A DNA stretch of 64,000 bases from NCBI GenBank assembly GCA_003214355.1, contig QCLS01000001.1:221039-285038 (forward strand), written 5' to 3'. Source of the DNA: Prochlorococcus sp. AG-418-C09 (GTDB lineage: Bacteria; Cyanobacteriota; Cyanobacteriia; PCC-6307; Cyanobiaceae). The position numbers and the translations under genes were made by a program. Of this stretch, positions 10,698 through 22,508 are shown piece by piece. Under the pieces are notes generated by a model, which was not told the DNA's origin, made no database searches, and was given only the letters and a program-made list of their open reading frames with translations. How positions within the stretch are numbered: position 1 is the first letter of the stretch; every line of letters begins with the position of its first letter.

Positions 10698-10786
10698 CGG
10701 AGAGGGAGGGATTCGAACCCTCGACAAAAGTTACCTCCTGTAACTCCTTAGCAGGGAGCCGCTTTCAACCACTCAGCCACCTCTCC
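10698..10786 (-). tRNA. tRNA-Ser(GCT)
   Basis: Reverse complement GGAGAGGTGGCTGAGTGGTTGAAAGCGGCTCC-CT GCT AA-GGAGT...GGTTCGAATCCCTCCCTCTCCG; long variable arm. Confidence 0.97.
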
Positions 10787-10847
10787 AGTAAATATAGATT
10801 ATCAAGTTTTGTGCAAACCTACAAAAGTTTTTATTTTTTCGAAATGT

Positions 10848-12047
10848 CTACTGCACTTGAACCCTTGGTAATCTGTTTTTAAACCCACAGAGAACCTCCC
10901 AGGCAATACTTGAAGACTTTTCTGCCCAATCCATTGGTGAGACTGAAAGATCTCCATCAGAACCAAGTAATAATACTGGATCTCCCACTTTTATATCTTG
11001 ATCATTCTTAATATCAATCATCAATTGATCCATAGTTATAGAACCAACTTGAGGATAAAATTTCTTATTGCATATTAAAGAAATTTTATTTGAGAGTTGT
11101 CTACTAATTCCGTCAGCATACCCAATACTTACAACAGCTAATTTTGTTTTCTTATCACTTATAAATTTACTTCCATAACTTACTCCTACATTCTTATCTA
11201 TTGATCGTATGAAAGAAATCTTTGATTTTAGCAATAACGCAGGCTGCAAAACTATATTTGCTTCTGATCTAGAAGTTGGTTTATATCCATACATGGAAAG
11301 ACCAACTCTGACCATATCGAAGTGCATTTCTTTTGATAGAAGAGTTGCCGCAGAATTTGCAATATGATTGCGGATAAAGGGATACTTATCTACATTAATG
11401 CGCTTCAAAACTGATTGAAATTTTCTTTTCTGAACCTGGGTAAAGCTATTTATATCAAGCGCATTAGCCTCATCAGCTGAAGCAAAATGGCTATAAATAC
11501 CCTCAACTAAAACATATTCACAGGAAATAATCTGATCAAATTTGTCAACAAAATCATTAAGTTCAAAACCTAGTCTTGACATTCCAGTATCTACTTTTAA
11601 ATGTAAACGAAATTTTTTATGAAACTTTTTTCCTATGTTATTACAAAGCAAACAATCTCTGATAGTACTAATAGTAGGCATCAAATCATGTTTAAAACAA
11701 ACAATCAAGTCATCATTATTATAGATATTCCCTAAAACAAGAATAGGGACTTTGATTCCTGATTTACGTAAATTAATCCCTTCCTGCAGTGTGGCCACTC
11801 CTAGTTCATCAGCCCCACCTTTTAGTGCATATTTGGAAACAAGCTTTGCATCATGCCCGTATCCGTCTGCCTTAACAACTGCCATGAATTTGCACCCTTC
11901 TTTCAAAGACTCTTTAATCCGAGAAACATTATTCTTTATTGAAGAGCCACTAATCTCTATCCAAGCTCTTTGAGTTGGATCTAGCATAATTCCATAATCT
12001 GAGAACTGATTAGACGATTCTTTTATGTTTTGTAAATCTATTTGCAT
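10848..12047 (-). CDS. alr: Alanine racemase
   Basis: VVKADGYGH PLP-lysine motif, HLKVDTGMSRLG, GYADG, MDQ. Confidence 0.97.
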   Translation of the reverse strand: MQIDLQNIKESSNQFSDYGIMLDPTQRAWIEISGSSIKNNVSRIKESLKEGCKFMAVVKADGYGHDAKLVSKYALKGGADELGVATLQEGINLRKSGIKVPILVLGNIYNNDDLIVCFKHDLMPTISTIRDCLLCNNIGKKFHKKFRLHLKVDTGMSRLGFELNDFVDKFDQIISCEYVLVEGIYSHFASADEANALDINSFTQVQKRKFQSVLKRINVDKYPFIRNHIANSAATLLSKEMHFDMVRVGLSMYGYKPTSRSEANIVLQPALLLKSKISFIRSIDKNVGVSYGSKFISDKKTKLAVVSIGYADGISRQLSNKISLICNKKFYPQVGSITMDQLMIDIKNDQDIKVGDPVLLLGSDGDLSVSPMDWAEKSSSIAWEVLCGFKNRLPRVQVQ

Positions 12048-12116
12048 TAAAAAATAGCAATTTAGATGCTTTTATATAAATATACAGTTAGCATGACATG
12101 TAATTTGGGAATTGGC

Positions 12117-12623
12117 ATGGGCCAGACTCTTGTTTTAAACGCATCTTATGAACCTCTAAACATTACGAGCTGGCGAAGAGCTATTATTTTGATGTTAAAA
12201 GGTAAAGCTGAAAGTGTAGAAGAAGATAATTCTCACACTATACATTCAGGAAAGAAATTACCTACAGTCATTAGACTTCGTTACTATGTCAAAGTCCCCT
12301 ATAGAGAAGTTGCTTTAACAAGAAAAAATATCCTTTTAAGAGATAATAATACGTGCCAGTACTGTAATCATAAAGGGAGTGATTTATCAATTGATCATGT
12401 TCTACCAAGAAGTAGAGGAGGAACTGATAATTGGGAAAATGTCACCACAGCTTGTTTGACGTGCAATATTCAAAAAAGCAATAGAACTCCAGAAGAAGCG
12501 AAAATGCCATTAAAAAGAAAACCTTATAGGCCATTGAGTAATCTTAACTTTGAAGCCACGAAGCAAATAGATTCAGGTAAACATAAAGAATGGGGGAAAT
12601 ATGTAATAGGAATGGCAGCTTAA
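12117..12623 (+). CDS. HNH endonuclease (McrA-like); start likely ATG 12117
   Basis: LVLNASYEPL, CQYC, IDHVLPRSRGG, WENVTTACLTCN. Confidence 0.9.
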   Translation: MGQTLVLNASYEPLNITSWRRAIILMLKGKAESVEEDNSHTIHSGKKLPTVIRLRYYVKVPYREVALTRKNILLRDNNTCQYCNHKGSDLSIDHVLPRSRGGTDNWENVTTACLTCNIQKSNRTPEEAKMPLKRKPYRPLSNLNFEATKQIDSGKHKEWGKYVIGMAA

Positions 12624-12632
12624 TGTCAAAAC

Positions 12633-13724
12633 CTAATCTTCACTATTAAATGCCTCCATCTGTCTTTTTTGTTCTTGAGCTATGCATGCATCAATTACCT
12701 CATCTAATTGACCAGCTAGCACGGGCTCTAAAGAAAAGTTACATCCTAATCTATGATCAGTTGTCCTATTATCTTTAAAATTATAAGTTCTAATCTTTTC
12801 ACTTCGATCACCAGTTCCTACTTGCAAAAGTCTTTTAGATCTCTCCTCTTCATTAGCCTCTTCAAGTTGAATCTCATAAAGTTTTGCGCGTAAAATCTCC
12901 ATAGCTCTCTCTCTATTCTGCAATTGTGACCTTTCCTGTGTACAAAATACTCTGATTCCTGTTGGTTTGTGTAAGAGATCAATTGCAGTTTCTACTTTAT
13001 TAACATTTTGTCCTCCAGCACCTCCTGAGCGTGCTGTACCAACTTCTAAATCGGAAGGATCAATTTTAACTTCAACAGGATCAACCTCTGGCATAACTGC
13101 AACAGTTGCAGTAGAGGTATGTACTCTTCCTTGGGATTCCGTCGCTGGGACTCTCTGCACTCTATGAACCCCGGCTTCAAATTTCAATTGACTATAAACA
13201 GATTCACCTCTAACTGATATAACTAATTCTTTGAATCCGCCTAAATCTGATTCTGATGCACTTATCGGTTTAACTGACCAACCGACTCTTTGACCATATC
13301 TTTCATACATTCTTGCTAAATCACCCGCCCAGATACAAGCCTCATTTCCTCCAGCACCTGCTCTTATCTCAAGCATTACACTTCTTTCATCACGTGGATC
13401 TTTAGGTAATAATGCAATTTCTATTTTATGAATAAGATTTTCCCTATTTTCTTGTAAAGATGCTAATTCCTCATTTATTAATAATTCCATTTCTTTATCA
13501 TCTTTAGTATCCTTTAGAAGCTTTTTAGACTCTTCAATTTCCCTATCAATGTTAAGCAATTGATGATAATCAGTTACCAAAGGTTCTAGCTTAGATCTCT
13601 CCCTTGCTATGGATTCCAATTTTTTAGGATTATTCGATATGTCAGGATCTGCAAGTTGAACTTCTAAATTTGTAAAACTTTCAGATACGGTTCTCAATCG
13701 TGAAAGTAATATGGTGTATTCCAA
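12633..13724 (-). CDS. prfA: Peptide chain release factor 1
   Basis: [15 protein letters not shown] motif, RSQLQN, RTYNF. Confidence 0.98.
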   Translation of the reverse strand: MEYTILLSRLRTVSESFTNLEVQLADPDISNNPKKLESIARERSKLEPLVTDYHQLLNIDREIEESKKLLKDTKDDKEMELLINEELASLQENRENLIHKIEIALLPKDPRDERSVMLEIRAGAGGNEACIWAGDLARMYERYGQRVGWSVKPISASESDLGGFKELVISVRGESVYSQLKFEAGVHRVQRVPATESQGRVHTSTATVAVMPEVDPVEVKIDPSDLEVGTARSGGAGGQNVNKVETAIDLLHKPTGIRVFCTQERSQLQNRERAMEILRAKLYEIQLEEANEEERSKRLLQVGTGDRSEKIRTYNFKDNRTTDHRLGCNFSLEPVLAGQLDEVIDACIAQEQKRQMEAFNSED

Positions 13725-13752
13725 TTAAATTTTGATTAACTTGAATGATTTA

Positions 13753-14007
13753 TTATTTCTTAGATTCTTTCTTGTTGTCTGAATCTTCAGTAGGATTTGC
13801 AGAACCCATTCCATATTTCTTCATGAATCTATCAACTCTTCCTTCAGTATCAAGTATTTTCTGGGTGCCTGTAAAGAAAGGATGATTTCCACTCCATACA
13901 TCCACATGTAATTCAGGTTGGGTAGATCCTGTGGTCATAACAACTTCACCATTGCAAATTACTTTTGCATCTGGATACCATTTAGGATGAATTTCTGATT
14001 TAGGCAT
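13753..14007 (-). CDS. rpmE: 50S ribosomal protein L31
   Basis: IHPKWY...VWSGNHPFFTG...EGRVDRF. Confidence 0.97.
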   Translation of the reverse strand: MPKSEIHPKWYPDAKVICNGEVVMTTGSTQPELHVDVWSGNHPFFTGTQKILDTEGRVDRFMKKYGMGSANPTEDSDNKKESKK

Positions 14008-14013
14008 AGTAAA

Positions 14014-14424
14014 TTAACGTTTTGAGAATTGAGGAGCCTTTCTAGCCTTTTTGAGACCATACTTTCTTCGCTCCTTGGCACGTGGATCCCTGCTTAAGTG
14101 ACCCTCAGTCTTTAAGGGCTTTCTATTGTCCGGAGATAGCTCACAAAGAGCTCGAGCAGCGCCTTGCTTAATTGCATCAGCCTGACCTGTTAAACCTCCT
14201 CCATATACATTGACGAATATATCATATGAATTCTCCAAACCTAATGTTTGAAGCGGTGCCTTTACTGAATTGAGATGTAAAGGATTGAAATTTAGATAAT
14301 CATCACCTTTTCTACCATTAATTTTAATTTGACCATTACCAGGAATTAATCTTACTCTAGCTACGGAAGTTTTTCTTCTCCCTGTTCCCCAATAAACGGC
14401 TTTGTTTTTTATTTGACTATTCAT
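14014..14424 (-). CDS. rpsI: 30S ribosomal protein S9
   Basis: [31 protein letters not shown]. Confidence 0.98.
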   Translation of the reverse strand: MNSQIKNKAVYWGTGRRKTSVARVRLIPGNGQIKINGRKGDDYLNFNPLHLNSVKAPLQTLGLENSYDIFVNVYGGGLTGQADAIKQGAARALCELSPDNRKPLKTEGHLSRDPRAKERRKYGLKKARKAPQFSKR

Positions 14425-14433
14425 TTTTAAAAA

Positions 14434-14865
14434 TTAACTCTTTAATAATACAGGATTTTGTGCAGCATGAGGATGATCGGCACCTTTATAAACTTTTAGC
14501 TTCGTAAATTGCTGTCTTCCTAATGAATTATGAGGAAGCATACCCTTTACAGCTTGTTCGATTATTCTTTCTGGAATTCTATCTTGTAAAGTTTCAAATT
14601 TTTCTACTTTCATACCTCCGGGTCTACCAGAGTGTCTCCTATATAATTTTTGTGATGCTTTCTTACCTGAAACTTCAACCTTTTCAGCGTTCACAACAAT
14701 AACAAAATCTCCAGTATCCATGTGAGGAGTAAAAGTTGGTTTATTTTTACCTCTTAATATATTGGCAATTTGAGTCGCAAGTCTTCCAAGAGTTTTTTGC
14801 TTTGCATCAACCACAAACCAATTTCGGTCTATAGAAGTAATTGAAGGTGTAGTTGTTTTATTCAT
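14434..14865 (-). CDS. rplM: 50S ribosomal protein L13
   Basis: [33 protein letters not shown]. Confidence 0.98.
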   Translation of the reverse strand: MNKTTTPSITSIDRNWFVVDAKQKTLGRLATQIANILRGKNKPTFTPHMDTGDFVIVVNAEKVEVSGKKASQKLYRRHSGRPGGMKVEKFETLQDRIPERIIEQAVKGMLPHNSLGRQQFTKLKVYKGADHPHAAQNPVLLKS

Positions 14866-14899
14866 TAATTGAATTTCTACTTAAGATCAAATAGATATT

Positions 14900-14914
14900 T
14901 ATTCTACATTACAA
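14900..14914 (-). promoter_or_regulatory. Candidate -10 element (ATG-TAGAAT) for rplM-rpsI-rpmE
   Basis: Minus strand TTGTAATGTAGAATA, about 35 nt upstream of rplM; matches the 3' 10 nt of the motif at 18157 and 28938 at 9/10 positions. Confidence 0.5.
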
Positions 14915-14980
14915 AAGTATATTTAAACAATCTTAAATTATCCAAAAGTCTTATCTTCAAAGTAATAAGTAAGTTTTATC

Positions 14981-15787
14981 TTAAGAAAAGCCAAATATTT
15001 TAAATTTCGGAAAAAGATCATTGTTATCAAATTTTGTAAACACATTTTCTTTATAAATGGCATTAACAAAACAAAGCCCTTTGGCCGGAGCTGATTCTAA
15101 TACTTCATTTTTCTTCTTTTTAGTCCATCTCTCATAAAAAATATCAGGAGTTATTTTATTTTCCCCAACTAAAACTAATTGACCTACTATGGAACGAACC
15201 ATTCCATATAAAAAACCGGTTGCTTTAATATCTACAGAAATCAAATCATTCGTTCTAATAATTTCAATATCTTTAATTGTTGTGATAGATGAAAGCCTTT
15301 TGCTTCCACTTTTTTGAAAAGCAAAAAAATCATGTTCACCTTTAATACCATTTAATGCTCTTCGCATATTCGAATCATCAAGTGATTTTTGATATCTATG
15401 CCAAGACCACTTGTTCATAAATAAATTTGGCATTTTATTATTATTTATAAGATATCTATAGTGTCTATAAATTGCCGAGTGACATGCATGCCATTCACTT
15501 GAAACTCGAACCGATTCCAATACTCTTATTGATTCTGGTAATTTACCATTTAAAGCTGCAGCCCACTTAACATCTGGAATCACGAAATCAATATCAAAAT
15601 GTACTACTTGCCCAGCTGCATGTACTCCAGCATCAGTTCTTCCAGCAGCATAAGTTTTAGTTTTCTTTGAAGAGAGTTCATAAATAGCATTCTCCAAAGT
15701 CTCCTGCACGCTTATTACTTTCGGTTGTCTTTGCCAACCGGAATACAAAGAACCATCATACTGGATAATTAGAGCTACCCTAGTCAA
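14981..15787 (-). CDS. truA: tRNA pseudouridine(38-40) synthase
   Basis: YDGS..GWQ, GRTDAGVHA catalytic Asp, FLYGMVR. Confidence 0.97.
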   Translation of the reverse strand: MTRVALIIQYDGSLYSGWQRQPKVISVQETLENAIYELSSKKTKTYAAGRTDAGVHAAGQVVHFDIDFVIPDVKWAAALNGKLPESIRVLESVRVSSEWHACHSAIYRHYRYLINNNKMPNLFMNKWSWHRYQKSLDDSNMRRALNGIKGEHDFFAFQKSGSKRLSSITTIKDIEIIRTNDLISVDIKATGFLYGMVRSIVGQLVLVGENKITPDIFYERWTKKKKNEVLESAPAKGLCFVNAIYKENVFTKFDNNDLFPKFKIFGFS

Positions 15788-15802
15788 TCCAAAATATACA
15801 AA

Positions 15803-16153
15803 TCAAACTAATTCAATAATTGCCATTTGAGCATTATCGCCTTTTCTAGCTACTGTACGAACGATTCTTGTATATCCCCCTTCTCTATCTCCATATCTTT
15901 CTTTTGCTTTTTCAAATAGAGAGTGCACTAATTTCTTATCATAAATATATCCCAAGGCTCTTCTCCTTGAAGATAATGAGCCTTCTTTAGCCAAAGTAAT
16001 CATTCTTTCAGCTTCATTCCTTAAAGCTTTAGCACGAGCTTTGGTAGTCGTTACCCTGCCTTCCCTAATTAATTGAGTCGTTAAACCCCTAAGTAGTGCT
16101 TTTCTTTGATCAGCAGGTTTACTTAATAATGGAATCCTTAATTGATGTCTCAT
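15803..16153 (-). CDS. rplQ: 50S ribosomal protein L17
   Basis: MRHQ, TTKARAK, GGYTRI, GDNAQMA. Confidence 0.98.
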   Translation of the reverse strand: MRHQLRIPLLSKPADQRKALLRGLTTQLIREGRVTTTKARAKALRNEAERMITLAKEGSLSSRRRALGYIYDKKLVHSLFEKAKERYGDREGGYTRIVRTVARKGDNAQMAIIELV

Positions 16154-16164
16154 AATCTAAAATG

Positions 16165-17103
16165 TTAAACAGAAGTTCTACTTTGTGGAATCGAAATTCC
16201 TATACGTTCAAGAGCTTCAATAACTTCATCAGCTGATTTAGAACCAAAATTCTTGATTTCTAAAAGGTCTTCATAACTAAAGCCCATCAAATCAGAAACA
16301 GAATTAACTTGTGCTCTCTTTAAACAATTATAGGCTCTAACGGACAAGTTTAGTTCCTCAAGGGGGATTTGAGCTTCTGGAGATGGTTCTGGTTCTTCAG
16401 GTATTTCTTCAACCATCGTAACTGTAGCTAAAGGCTGGAAGAGTTCAATTAATTGGTTAGCAGCTTCAGCAATTGCATCATCAGGGCTTGTAGAGCCATC
16501 TGTCACAACCTCCATCTTTAATCTCTCTCTGCCAGTGGCTCCCTCTGCTACTGCAGTCTCATCTATCGTGAAATTAACTCTCTTTACTGGCATGAAAACG
16601 GCATCAATTTGAAGCAAGTCAATTGATGTTGTTTCCTCATTCCTGCGATCAACTGGCCTGTAACCTGTTCCACGCTCAACATGAATTTCTAATTCTAAAT
16701 TATGTCCGTCTTGTATTGTAGCTATGGGTTTATCGCCATCTACAACTTCCACTTGGGAAGAAAATTGAATATCGTTAGCTTTAACCTCCATTGGACCATT
16801 AGCTACTAATCTTCCAATTTCAACTTCATTGCTACTGGAATTAATTGATAGCTGTTTACAGTTCAATAAAATATCCAGAACATCTTCTCTTACACCAGGG
16901 ATAGTGGCATATTCATGATTAACGCCGGCTATTCTTACAGCAGTTACAGCACTTCCTTCAAGGCCTCCCATCAAGACTCGTCTCAATGAATTCCCCAAGG
17001 TAGTAGCTTGCCCCCTCTCTAAGGGTCCTATGAGAAAGGTTCCTGTTTGTGAATGATCATCGGAAATTTGATGGTCAATTCTATCGATCTGGTATTGCAA
17101 CAC
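16165..17103 (-). CDS. rpoA: RNA polymerase alpha subunit
   Basis: [30 protein letters not shown]. Confidence 0.99.
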   Translation of the reverse strand: MLQYQIDRIDHQISDDHSQTGTFLIGPLERGQATTLGNSLRRVLMGGLEGSAVTAVRIAGVNHEYATIPGVREDVLDILLNCKQLSINSSSNEVEIGRLVANGPMEVKANDIQFSSQVEVVDGDKPIATIQDGHNLELEIHVERGTGYRPVDRRNEETTSIDLLQIDAVFMPVKRVNFTIDETAVAEGATGRERLKMEVVTDGSTSPDDAIAEAANQLIELFQPLATVTMVEEIPEEPEPSPEAQIPLEELNLSVRAYNCLKRAQVNSVSDLMGFSYEDLLEIKNFGSKSADEVIEALERIGISIPQSRTSV

Positions 17104-17145
17104 GGAAATAAAAAATAAAGGAATAGGATAAATAGATATTAAGGT

Positions 17146-17538
17146 CTAAACGCGTCTGCGTTTAGGTCTTCTACATCCATTATGAGGCAATGGAGTTACA
17201 TCTCTTATTAGAGTTATTTCTAATCCGGCCACTTGTAAAGCTCTTATGGCGGTTTCCCTACCTGAGCCTGGCCCTCTCACTAGAACTTCTATCTGTCTCA
17301 TCCCCTGATCTAAAGCTCTTCTAGCTGCAGCCTCTGCAGCTGTCTGAGCCGCAAATGGAGTACCTTTACGAGCACCCTTAAAGCCACTAGCGCCTGCAGA
17401 GGACCAGGAAATTACTTGTCCTGAGGTATCAGTAATCGAAACAATTGTATTATTGAAAGTACTTTGGATGTGAACGACTCCATTAGGTACATTTTTTTTG
17501 GATTTCTTAGAACCAGTTTTTTTTACTTGAGCTGCCAT
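17146..17538 (-). CDS. rpsK: 30S ribosomal protein S11
   Basis: [24 protein letters not shown]. Confidence 0.99.
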   Translation of the reverse strand: MAAQVKKTGSKKSKKNVPNGVVHIQSTFNNTIVSITDTSGQVISWSSAGASGFKGARKGTPFAAQTAAEAAARRALDQGMRQIEVLVRGPGSGRETAIRALQVAGLEITLIRDVTPLPHNGCRRPKRRRV

Positions 17539-17576
17539 ACTATTTTAGAAATGAATTGAGAAGTAGAATTTAAACA

Positions 17577-17942
17577 TTATTTCTTCCTTCCAGCAACAGT
17601 CTTTCGGGCACCACGTCTTGTTCTAGCATTGGTTCTAGTTCTCTGACCTCTAACAGGAAGGCTCATTCTGTGCCTTCTTCCTCTCAAACAGCCAATGTCT
17701 TGCAATCTTTTTAAGGCCATTCCTTCTTGTCTTCGTAGGTCGCCTTCAACAGTAAAACCTTCTGTTGCTCCACGTAATTTTTGAACGTCAGCATCTGCAA
17801 GATCTTTAACCCTAGTATCAGGATTAACTCCTGTATTAGCTAATATAGCTTGAGATCTAGTTAGACCTATACCATAGATGTAAGTAAGGGCAATCTCAAC
17901 TCGCTTTTCGCGTGGTATGTCAATGCCTGCAATCCTAGCCAC
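17577..17942 (-). CDS. rpsM: 30S ribosomal protein S13
   Basis: [27 protein letters not shown]; GTG start. Confidence 0.99.
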   Translation of the reverse strand: MARIAGIDIPREKRVEIALTYIYGIGLTRSQAILANTGVNPDTRVKDLADADVQKLRGATEGFTVEGDLRRQEGMALKRLQDIGCLRGRRHRMSLPVRGQRTRTNARTRRGARKTVAGRKK

Positions 17943-18010
17943 TTGTTTTCAATGAATAAAAGTTTCTTATGAAATTAAAAATTTAATTTTAATTAATATT
18001 GTCAAGGATT

Positions 18011-18127
18011 TCAACCTTGACGTTGTTTGTGCCTAGGGCTTGCGGTACAAATTACCATTACCCTGCCATGACGACGAATCACCCGGCACTTGTCACACAT
18101 TTTTTTTACTGAGGCTCTAACCTTCAT
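18011..18127 (-). CDS. rpmJ: 50S ribosomal protein L36 (not in the ORF track)
   Basis: Manual translation [38 protein letters not shown] (38 aa). Confidence 0.98.
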   Translation of the reverse strand: MKVRASVKKMCDKCRVIRRHGRVMVICTASPRHKQRQG

Positions 18128-18156
18128 TAGGTTTTCTCACTAAAATATTAATTCTA

Positions 18157-18172
18157 TATTGTACATCATCAA
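18157..18172 (-). promoter_or_regulatory. Candidate internal promoter (-10 TACAAT) for rpmJ-rpsM-rpsK-rpoA-rplQ
   Basis: Minus strand TTGATGATGTACAATA, identical to 28938..28953; overlaps the adk stop; 30 nt upstream of rpmJ. Confidence 0.6.
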
Positions 18173-18720
18173 CTAGCCATTTTTTGTTTTATTTCCTTAG
18201 AAATTGTTTTTAAATCCCTATCACCCTGAATATCATCCAAAATATTCATACCTTTAAAATAATTTATTAAAGGTGCAGTTGTTTCTTTATAAATTTTTAA
18301 TCTTGTTCGAATAGTTTGCTCATTATCATCTTTTCTACCTCTATTGAGTAATCTACTGACTAAAATATCGTCTTCTACACTTAAATTGAAAACTATTTCC
18401 AAGGGTTGATTAATACTTTGGAGGACTTCATCTAAGGAATTAGCTTGCGATAGATTTCTAGGATAACCATCTAATATCCAGCCATTATTGGTCAAAGATA
18501 AATTCTTCTTAACAATTTCGAGAACAAGTGCGTCGTTAACAAGTTGACCACTATTCATAATATCTACTACTTGAGCTCCTAAATTTGTTTTATTTTCAAC
18601 TTCTTGTCTTAATAATTCACCAGTAGATAAGTGCAGATAAGAAAAACACTCACTAATAATTGATGCTTGTGTCCCCTTACCCGCTCCAGGAGGTCCTAAA
18701 AAGAGAATATTTTTCTTCAT
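18169..18720 (-). CDS. adk: Adenylate kinase
   Basis: [30 protein letters not shown]; start overlaps the secY stop (TAATG). Confidence 0.98.
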   Translation of the reverse strand: MKKNILFLGPPGAGKGTQASIISECFSYLHLSTGELLRQEVENKTNLGAQVVDIMNSGQLVNDALVLEIVKKNLSLTNNGWILDGYPRNLSQANSLDEVLQSINQPLEIVFNLSVEDDILVSRLLNRGRKDDNEQTIRTRLKIYKETTAPLINYFKGMNILDDIQGDRDLKTISKEIKQKMAS

Positions 18721-20039
18721 TAGTTATTAACTAAACCCTCATACCTTTGAGAAATAACATAAGTTTGAATTTGTTTTGCAGTATCTATTGCCACTCCGAC
18801 AAGTATTAACAAAGATGTAGCACCTAAGCCTTGAAAAGTTTGCACATTTGTTGCTCTCTCCACTGCAGCAGGGATGATTGCAACAGATCCCAAAAAAAGT
18901 CCTCCTAATAAAGTCAATCTATTTTGAATTCCTGATAAGTAGTTAGCAGTTCTTGAACCGGGCCTCACACCTGGTATGGCGACACCTCCCTTTTTTAGAT
19001 TTGAGGCGACATCGATAGGATTGATTGTTAGAGATGCATAGAAATAAGAAAATCCTAGAATTAAGGCAAAGAAAGTTAACGCATAAGGCCAAGGATTAGT
19101 AGCACTAGGATTTAGCGCATTAGCAAAATTAATTAATATTGAATTACCAGTAACATTAGCAATTGTGATGGGTAGAAAAATTAAAGCAGAAGCAAATATT
19201 ATTGGCATGACACCACCTGCATTTAATTTCAATGGTAAATAACTTTGCCTCGTGGGTAATAAAGTAGAACTGCCAATTTGCCTTTTTGCACTTACTATCG
19301 GAATACGTCTTGCTCCTTCTTGAACAAAAATTATTCCTACGATAGTAAACAAAAATACAGCTAGTAATACAAGAATACCCAACACATCTCCTCTATCTCC
19401 AGTTTGGGCTTTTTCAATAGTAGAAGTAAGAGCTTTGGGTAAAGTGGCTACAATATTCAAGAAGATCACTAAAGAAGCTCCTTGACCAATTCCTTTCTCA
19501 GTAATTATCTCACTGAACCACATCACTATCATTGATCCAGTCACAAGGGCAATCGCAGTTTGAAAAACAAAAACTGTTTCACTTATCCCCTCTATTGCAT
19601 ATTGTCGGAGAATCAAAGAAAATATAACGCTTTGAAGCAGCCCCCAACCAAGAGAAACATATCTTGTTATTTGCGCTATCTTTCTTCTACCTGCTTCACC
19701 CTCATTCTTCTGAAGGTCTTCTAGGACTGGTAGTGCAGCTGTTAAGAGTTGAATGATTATTGACGCATTAATAAACGGTAAAATTCCTAAGGCAAAAATT
19801 CCTAAGGTTGAAATTCCTCCGCCTGTAAAGATATCTAAGAAACCTATTAATTGTCCTCCTTGATCTATAAAACTTTTAAACGCCTCTCTGTCAATTCCAG
19901 GGACCGGAATGTAAATACCTAATCTTACTAAAAGTAATAAACCCAAAGTAGTTAAGACTCTATTTCTTAATTCCTTGTTAGTAAATAACTGAGTAAGTAT
20001 TTCAGATGCACTTGGATTTCTACTTTTTTTGACTAGCAT
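18720..20039 (-). CDS. secY: Preprotein translocase subunit SecY
   Basis: [37 protein letters not shown]. Confidence 0.99.
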   Translation of the reverse strand: MLVKKSRNPSASEILTQLFTNKELRNRVLTTLGLLLLVRLGIYIPVPGIDREAFKSFIDQGGQLIGFLDIFTGGGISTLGIFALGILPFINASIIIQLLTAALPVLEDLQKNEGEAGRRKIAQITRYVSLGWGLLQSVIFSLILRQYAIEGISETVFVFQTAIALVTGSMIVMWFSEIITEKGIGQGASLVIFLNIVATLPKALTSTIEKAQTGDRGDVLGILVLLAVFLFTIVGIIFVQEGARRIPIVSAKRQIGSSTLLPTRQSYLPLKLNAGGVMPIIFASALIFLPITIANVTGNSILINFANALNPSATNPWPYALTFFALILGFSYFYASLTINPIDVASNLKKGGVAIPGVRPGSRTANYLSGIQNRLTLLGGLFLGSVAIIPAAVERATNVQTFQGLGATSLLILVGVAIDTAKQIQTYVISQRYEGLVNN

Positions 20040-20071
20040 AATATTGATTTAACCCTGTTGAATAAACATTT

Positions 20072-20524
20072 TTAAGTAATGATTTCGCATGATCCACCTG
20101 CTGCTTCAATCTTATCCTTTGCTGTGTTCGTAAAAGCCTGAGCCTCAACTTTTAATTTTACTTTGATATCTCCCTTGCCTAAAATCTTCAAAGGGAATTT
20201 TGGCTTAAACAGCAAGCCTTTTTTTACTAAAGAATCCAAATTAACTGTTTCACCTTCTTTGAACTTATTTAAAGCATCCAAGTTAATGACAGAAAAAGAC
20301 CTTTTATTAATAATTTCAAAATGCTTCAATTTGGGAACTCTTCTATATAAAGGCATTTGTCCACCTTCAAAGCCTGGTCTTGTAGGTCTACCAGAACGTG
20401 ATTTCTGCCCCCGCATACCAAAACCGCAGGAAGCTCCTTGACCAGCAGCAATCCCTCTGCCTTTTCTCATTTTTTTCTTACGAGAACCAGAATTTGGTTT
20501 AAGTGAATTTAATAAAGTAGTCAT
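20072..20524 (-). CDS. rplO: 50S ribosomal protein L15
   Basis: [21 protein letters not shown]. Confidence 0.98.
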   Translation of the reverse strand: MTTLLNSLKPNSGSRKKKMRKGRGIAAGQGASCGFGMRGQKSRSGRPTRPGFEGGQMPLYRRVPKLKHFEIINKRSFSVINLDALNKFKEGETVNLDSLVKKGLLFKPKFPLKILGKGDIKVKLKVEAQAFTNTAKDKIEAAGGSCEIIT

Positions 20525-20528
20525 GATT

Positions 20529-21140
20529 TTAAGAATAAAGCTGTTCTAGTGATATGCCCCTTTCTCGAGAGACAGATTTATGAGTCCTCAATTGAGACAA
20601 AGCAACCATTGCTGCCCGAGCATTGTTTAAAGGCGTTTTACTTCCGAGCCTTTTGGCTAAAACATTCTTTATACCTGCCAATTCCAATACAGTCCTTATA
20701 GAACCTCCAGCAATAACTCCAGTTCCTGGAGCGGCAGGCCTAATTAGAACATTAGCAGCACCATTTCTACCAAGAGATAAAGTCGGAATTGAATTATTTG
20801 GTGTTAAAGGGACTCGAACTAAGTTCTTTTTACCATCAGCAACGCCCTTTCTTACTGCCCCAATAACATCACCTGCTTTTCCGACTCCAACACCAACTTG
20901 TCCTTTCTCATTACCCACTACAACAATTGCCCTAAAACTCATTTTTTTTCCACCTTTTACAGTTTTTGAAACTCTTCTAATTTGCACCACCCTTTCTTGC
21001 CAATCAGAATCTCTTTCCATATTCTTGGAATCCCCCCTTCTACTTCGCTTACGATTATTTTTTCTTGGTTCATCTTGATTTACTGAAGTGATATTTTCAG
21101 GTTTAGGTTGATTGTCTTGTTTAGTTGGTGTGTTTGTCAT
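20529..21140 (-). CDS. rpsE: 30S ribosomal protein S5
   Basis: [21 protein letters not shown]. Confidence 0.98.
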   Translation of the reverse strand: MTNTPTKQDNQPKPENITSVNQDEPRKNNRKRSRRGDSKNMERDSDWQERVVQIRRVSKTVKGGKKMSFRAIVVVGNEKGQVGVGVGKAGDVIGAVRKGVADGKKNLVRVPLTPNNSIPTLSLGRNGAANVLIRPAAPGTGVIAGGSIRTVLELAGIKNVLAKRLGSKTPLNNARAAMVALSQLRTHKSVSRERGISLEQLYS

Positions 21141-21157
21141 GATAAAAAAAATTAATA

Positions 21158-21526
21158 TTAAAATTTTAAGCCAGCTTCTCTAGCAGCTTCGGCTAAAGCT
21201 TTAACTCGTCCATGATATATATTACCTCCTCGATCAAAAATTACTTCTGTAATTCCTTTGTTTATTGCTCTTTTAGCAACTAAAGCTCCAACAGAAATGG
21301 AAGAATCACAATTGGCCGTTGATTTATTTGGATTATCTTTTAATTCTTTATCAATTGTAGATGCAGAACAAATAGTTGTTTGAGCTTGATCATCAATAAC
21401 TTGCGCATAAATATGATTATTAGAACGAAACACGGATAGTCTTGGCCTAGAGTTTGTGCCACTTAAAAATCTCCTGAGTCTTTTGTGGCGCTTTTGAGTT
21501 TGTTTTTTTCTTGAAATAGAAGTCAT
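21158..21526 (-). CDS. rplR: 50S ribosomal protein L18
   Basis: [27 protein letters not shown]. Confidence 0.98.
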   Translation of the reverse strand: MTSISRKKQTQKRHKRLRRFLSGTNSRPRLSVFRSNNHIYAQVIDDQAQTTICSASTIDKELKDNPNKSTANCDSSISVGALVAKRAINKGITEVIFDRGGNIYHGRVKALAEAAREAGLKF

Positions 21527-21543
21527 AATGAATTTAAAGGGAC

Positions 21544-22083
21544 TTATTTTTTGCCGGACTTACCAGCTTTTCTGATTATTCTTTCATCAGTGTACTTTAT
21601 TCCCTTTCCTTTATAAGGCTCGGGGGGGCGAATTGACCTGATTTTAGCTGCCTCATTACCAACAACTTCTTTGTCAATTCCAGATACAATGACGTTTGTA
21701 TTACTTTCAACTTTGTATGTTATACCATCAGGGGGGATCATTTCTACAGGGTGACTATAACCAGCACTAACAACGAGATTTTTACCCTTAACTTGAGCAC
21801 GAGAACCGACTCCAACAATTTCAAGTTTCTTGGTAAATCCTTGACTTACTCCCTCAACCATATTTGCTATTAATGTTCTACATAATCCGTGCCTTTGCCT
21901 GGAGTACCTTTTAGTTGTTGATGGGCTTACTAAAACCTCGTTATCTTTTTTATCAAACTTTACCCCTTCAGGCATTAAACGTTTGAGTTCACCTTTTGGA
22001 CCAGTAACTGTAATTGTTGAGCCTTCAATTACGATAGTTACCTTTTCGGGGATTAATACAGGTGCCTTTCCAATTCTTGACAT
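21544..22083 (-). CDS. rplF: 50S ribosomal protein L6
   Basis: [20 protein letters not shown]. Confidence 0.98.
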   Translation of the reverse strand: MSRIGKAPVLIPEKVTIVIEGSTITVTGPKGELKRLMPEGVKFDKKDNEVLVSPSTTKRYSRQRHGLCRTLIANMVEGVSQGFTKKLEIVGVGSRAQVKGKNLVVSAGYSHPVEMIPPDGITYKVESNTNVIVSGIDKEVVGNEAAKIRSIRPPEPYKGKGIKYTDERIIRKAGKSGKK

Positions 22084-22095
22084 AATTAATTCTCC

Positions 22096-22497
22096 TTAAT
22101 AAACATAACAAAGAACTTCCCCGCCAATTCCCTGTTTCCTGGCATCGCGGTCACTCATAACTCCTTTAGAAGTTGATATTATCGCAACTCCTAAACCTCC
22201 TAATACTTTAGGCAGGCCTTTAGTATTTTTATAGATCCTTAAACCAGGCTTACTGACACGTTGCATTGATCTTATAGTAGGAAATCTATTTTTACCACTA
22301 TATTTTAGGCCAAGAATTATTTGAGATGTATAACCCTCTCCTTCTTCATTTATGTCACTAATAAATCCTTCCTTCTGAAGGACTTTAGCTATACTTCTAG
22401 ACATGTTAGAAGCAGGAATAGATGTTGTTGAGTGCTTTTTTTGACTCGCATTTCTTATACGAGTAAGCATATCTGAGATTGGATCGTGATTTGACAT
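22096..22497 (-). CDS. rpsH: 30S ribosomal protein S8
   Basis: [30 protein letters not shown]. Confidence 0.98.
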   Translation of the reverse strand: MSNHDPISDMLTRIRNASQKKHSTTSIPASNMSRSIAKVLQKEGFISDINEEGEGYTSQIILGLKYSGKNRFPTIRSMQRVSKPGLRIYKNTKGLPKVLGGLGVAIISTSKGVMSDRDARKQGIGGEVLCYVY

Positions 22498-22508
22498 AAT
22501 ACTTAAGT

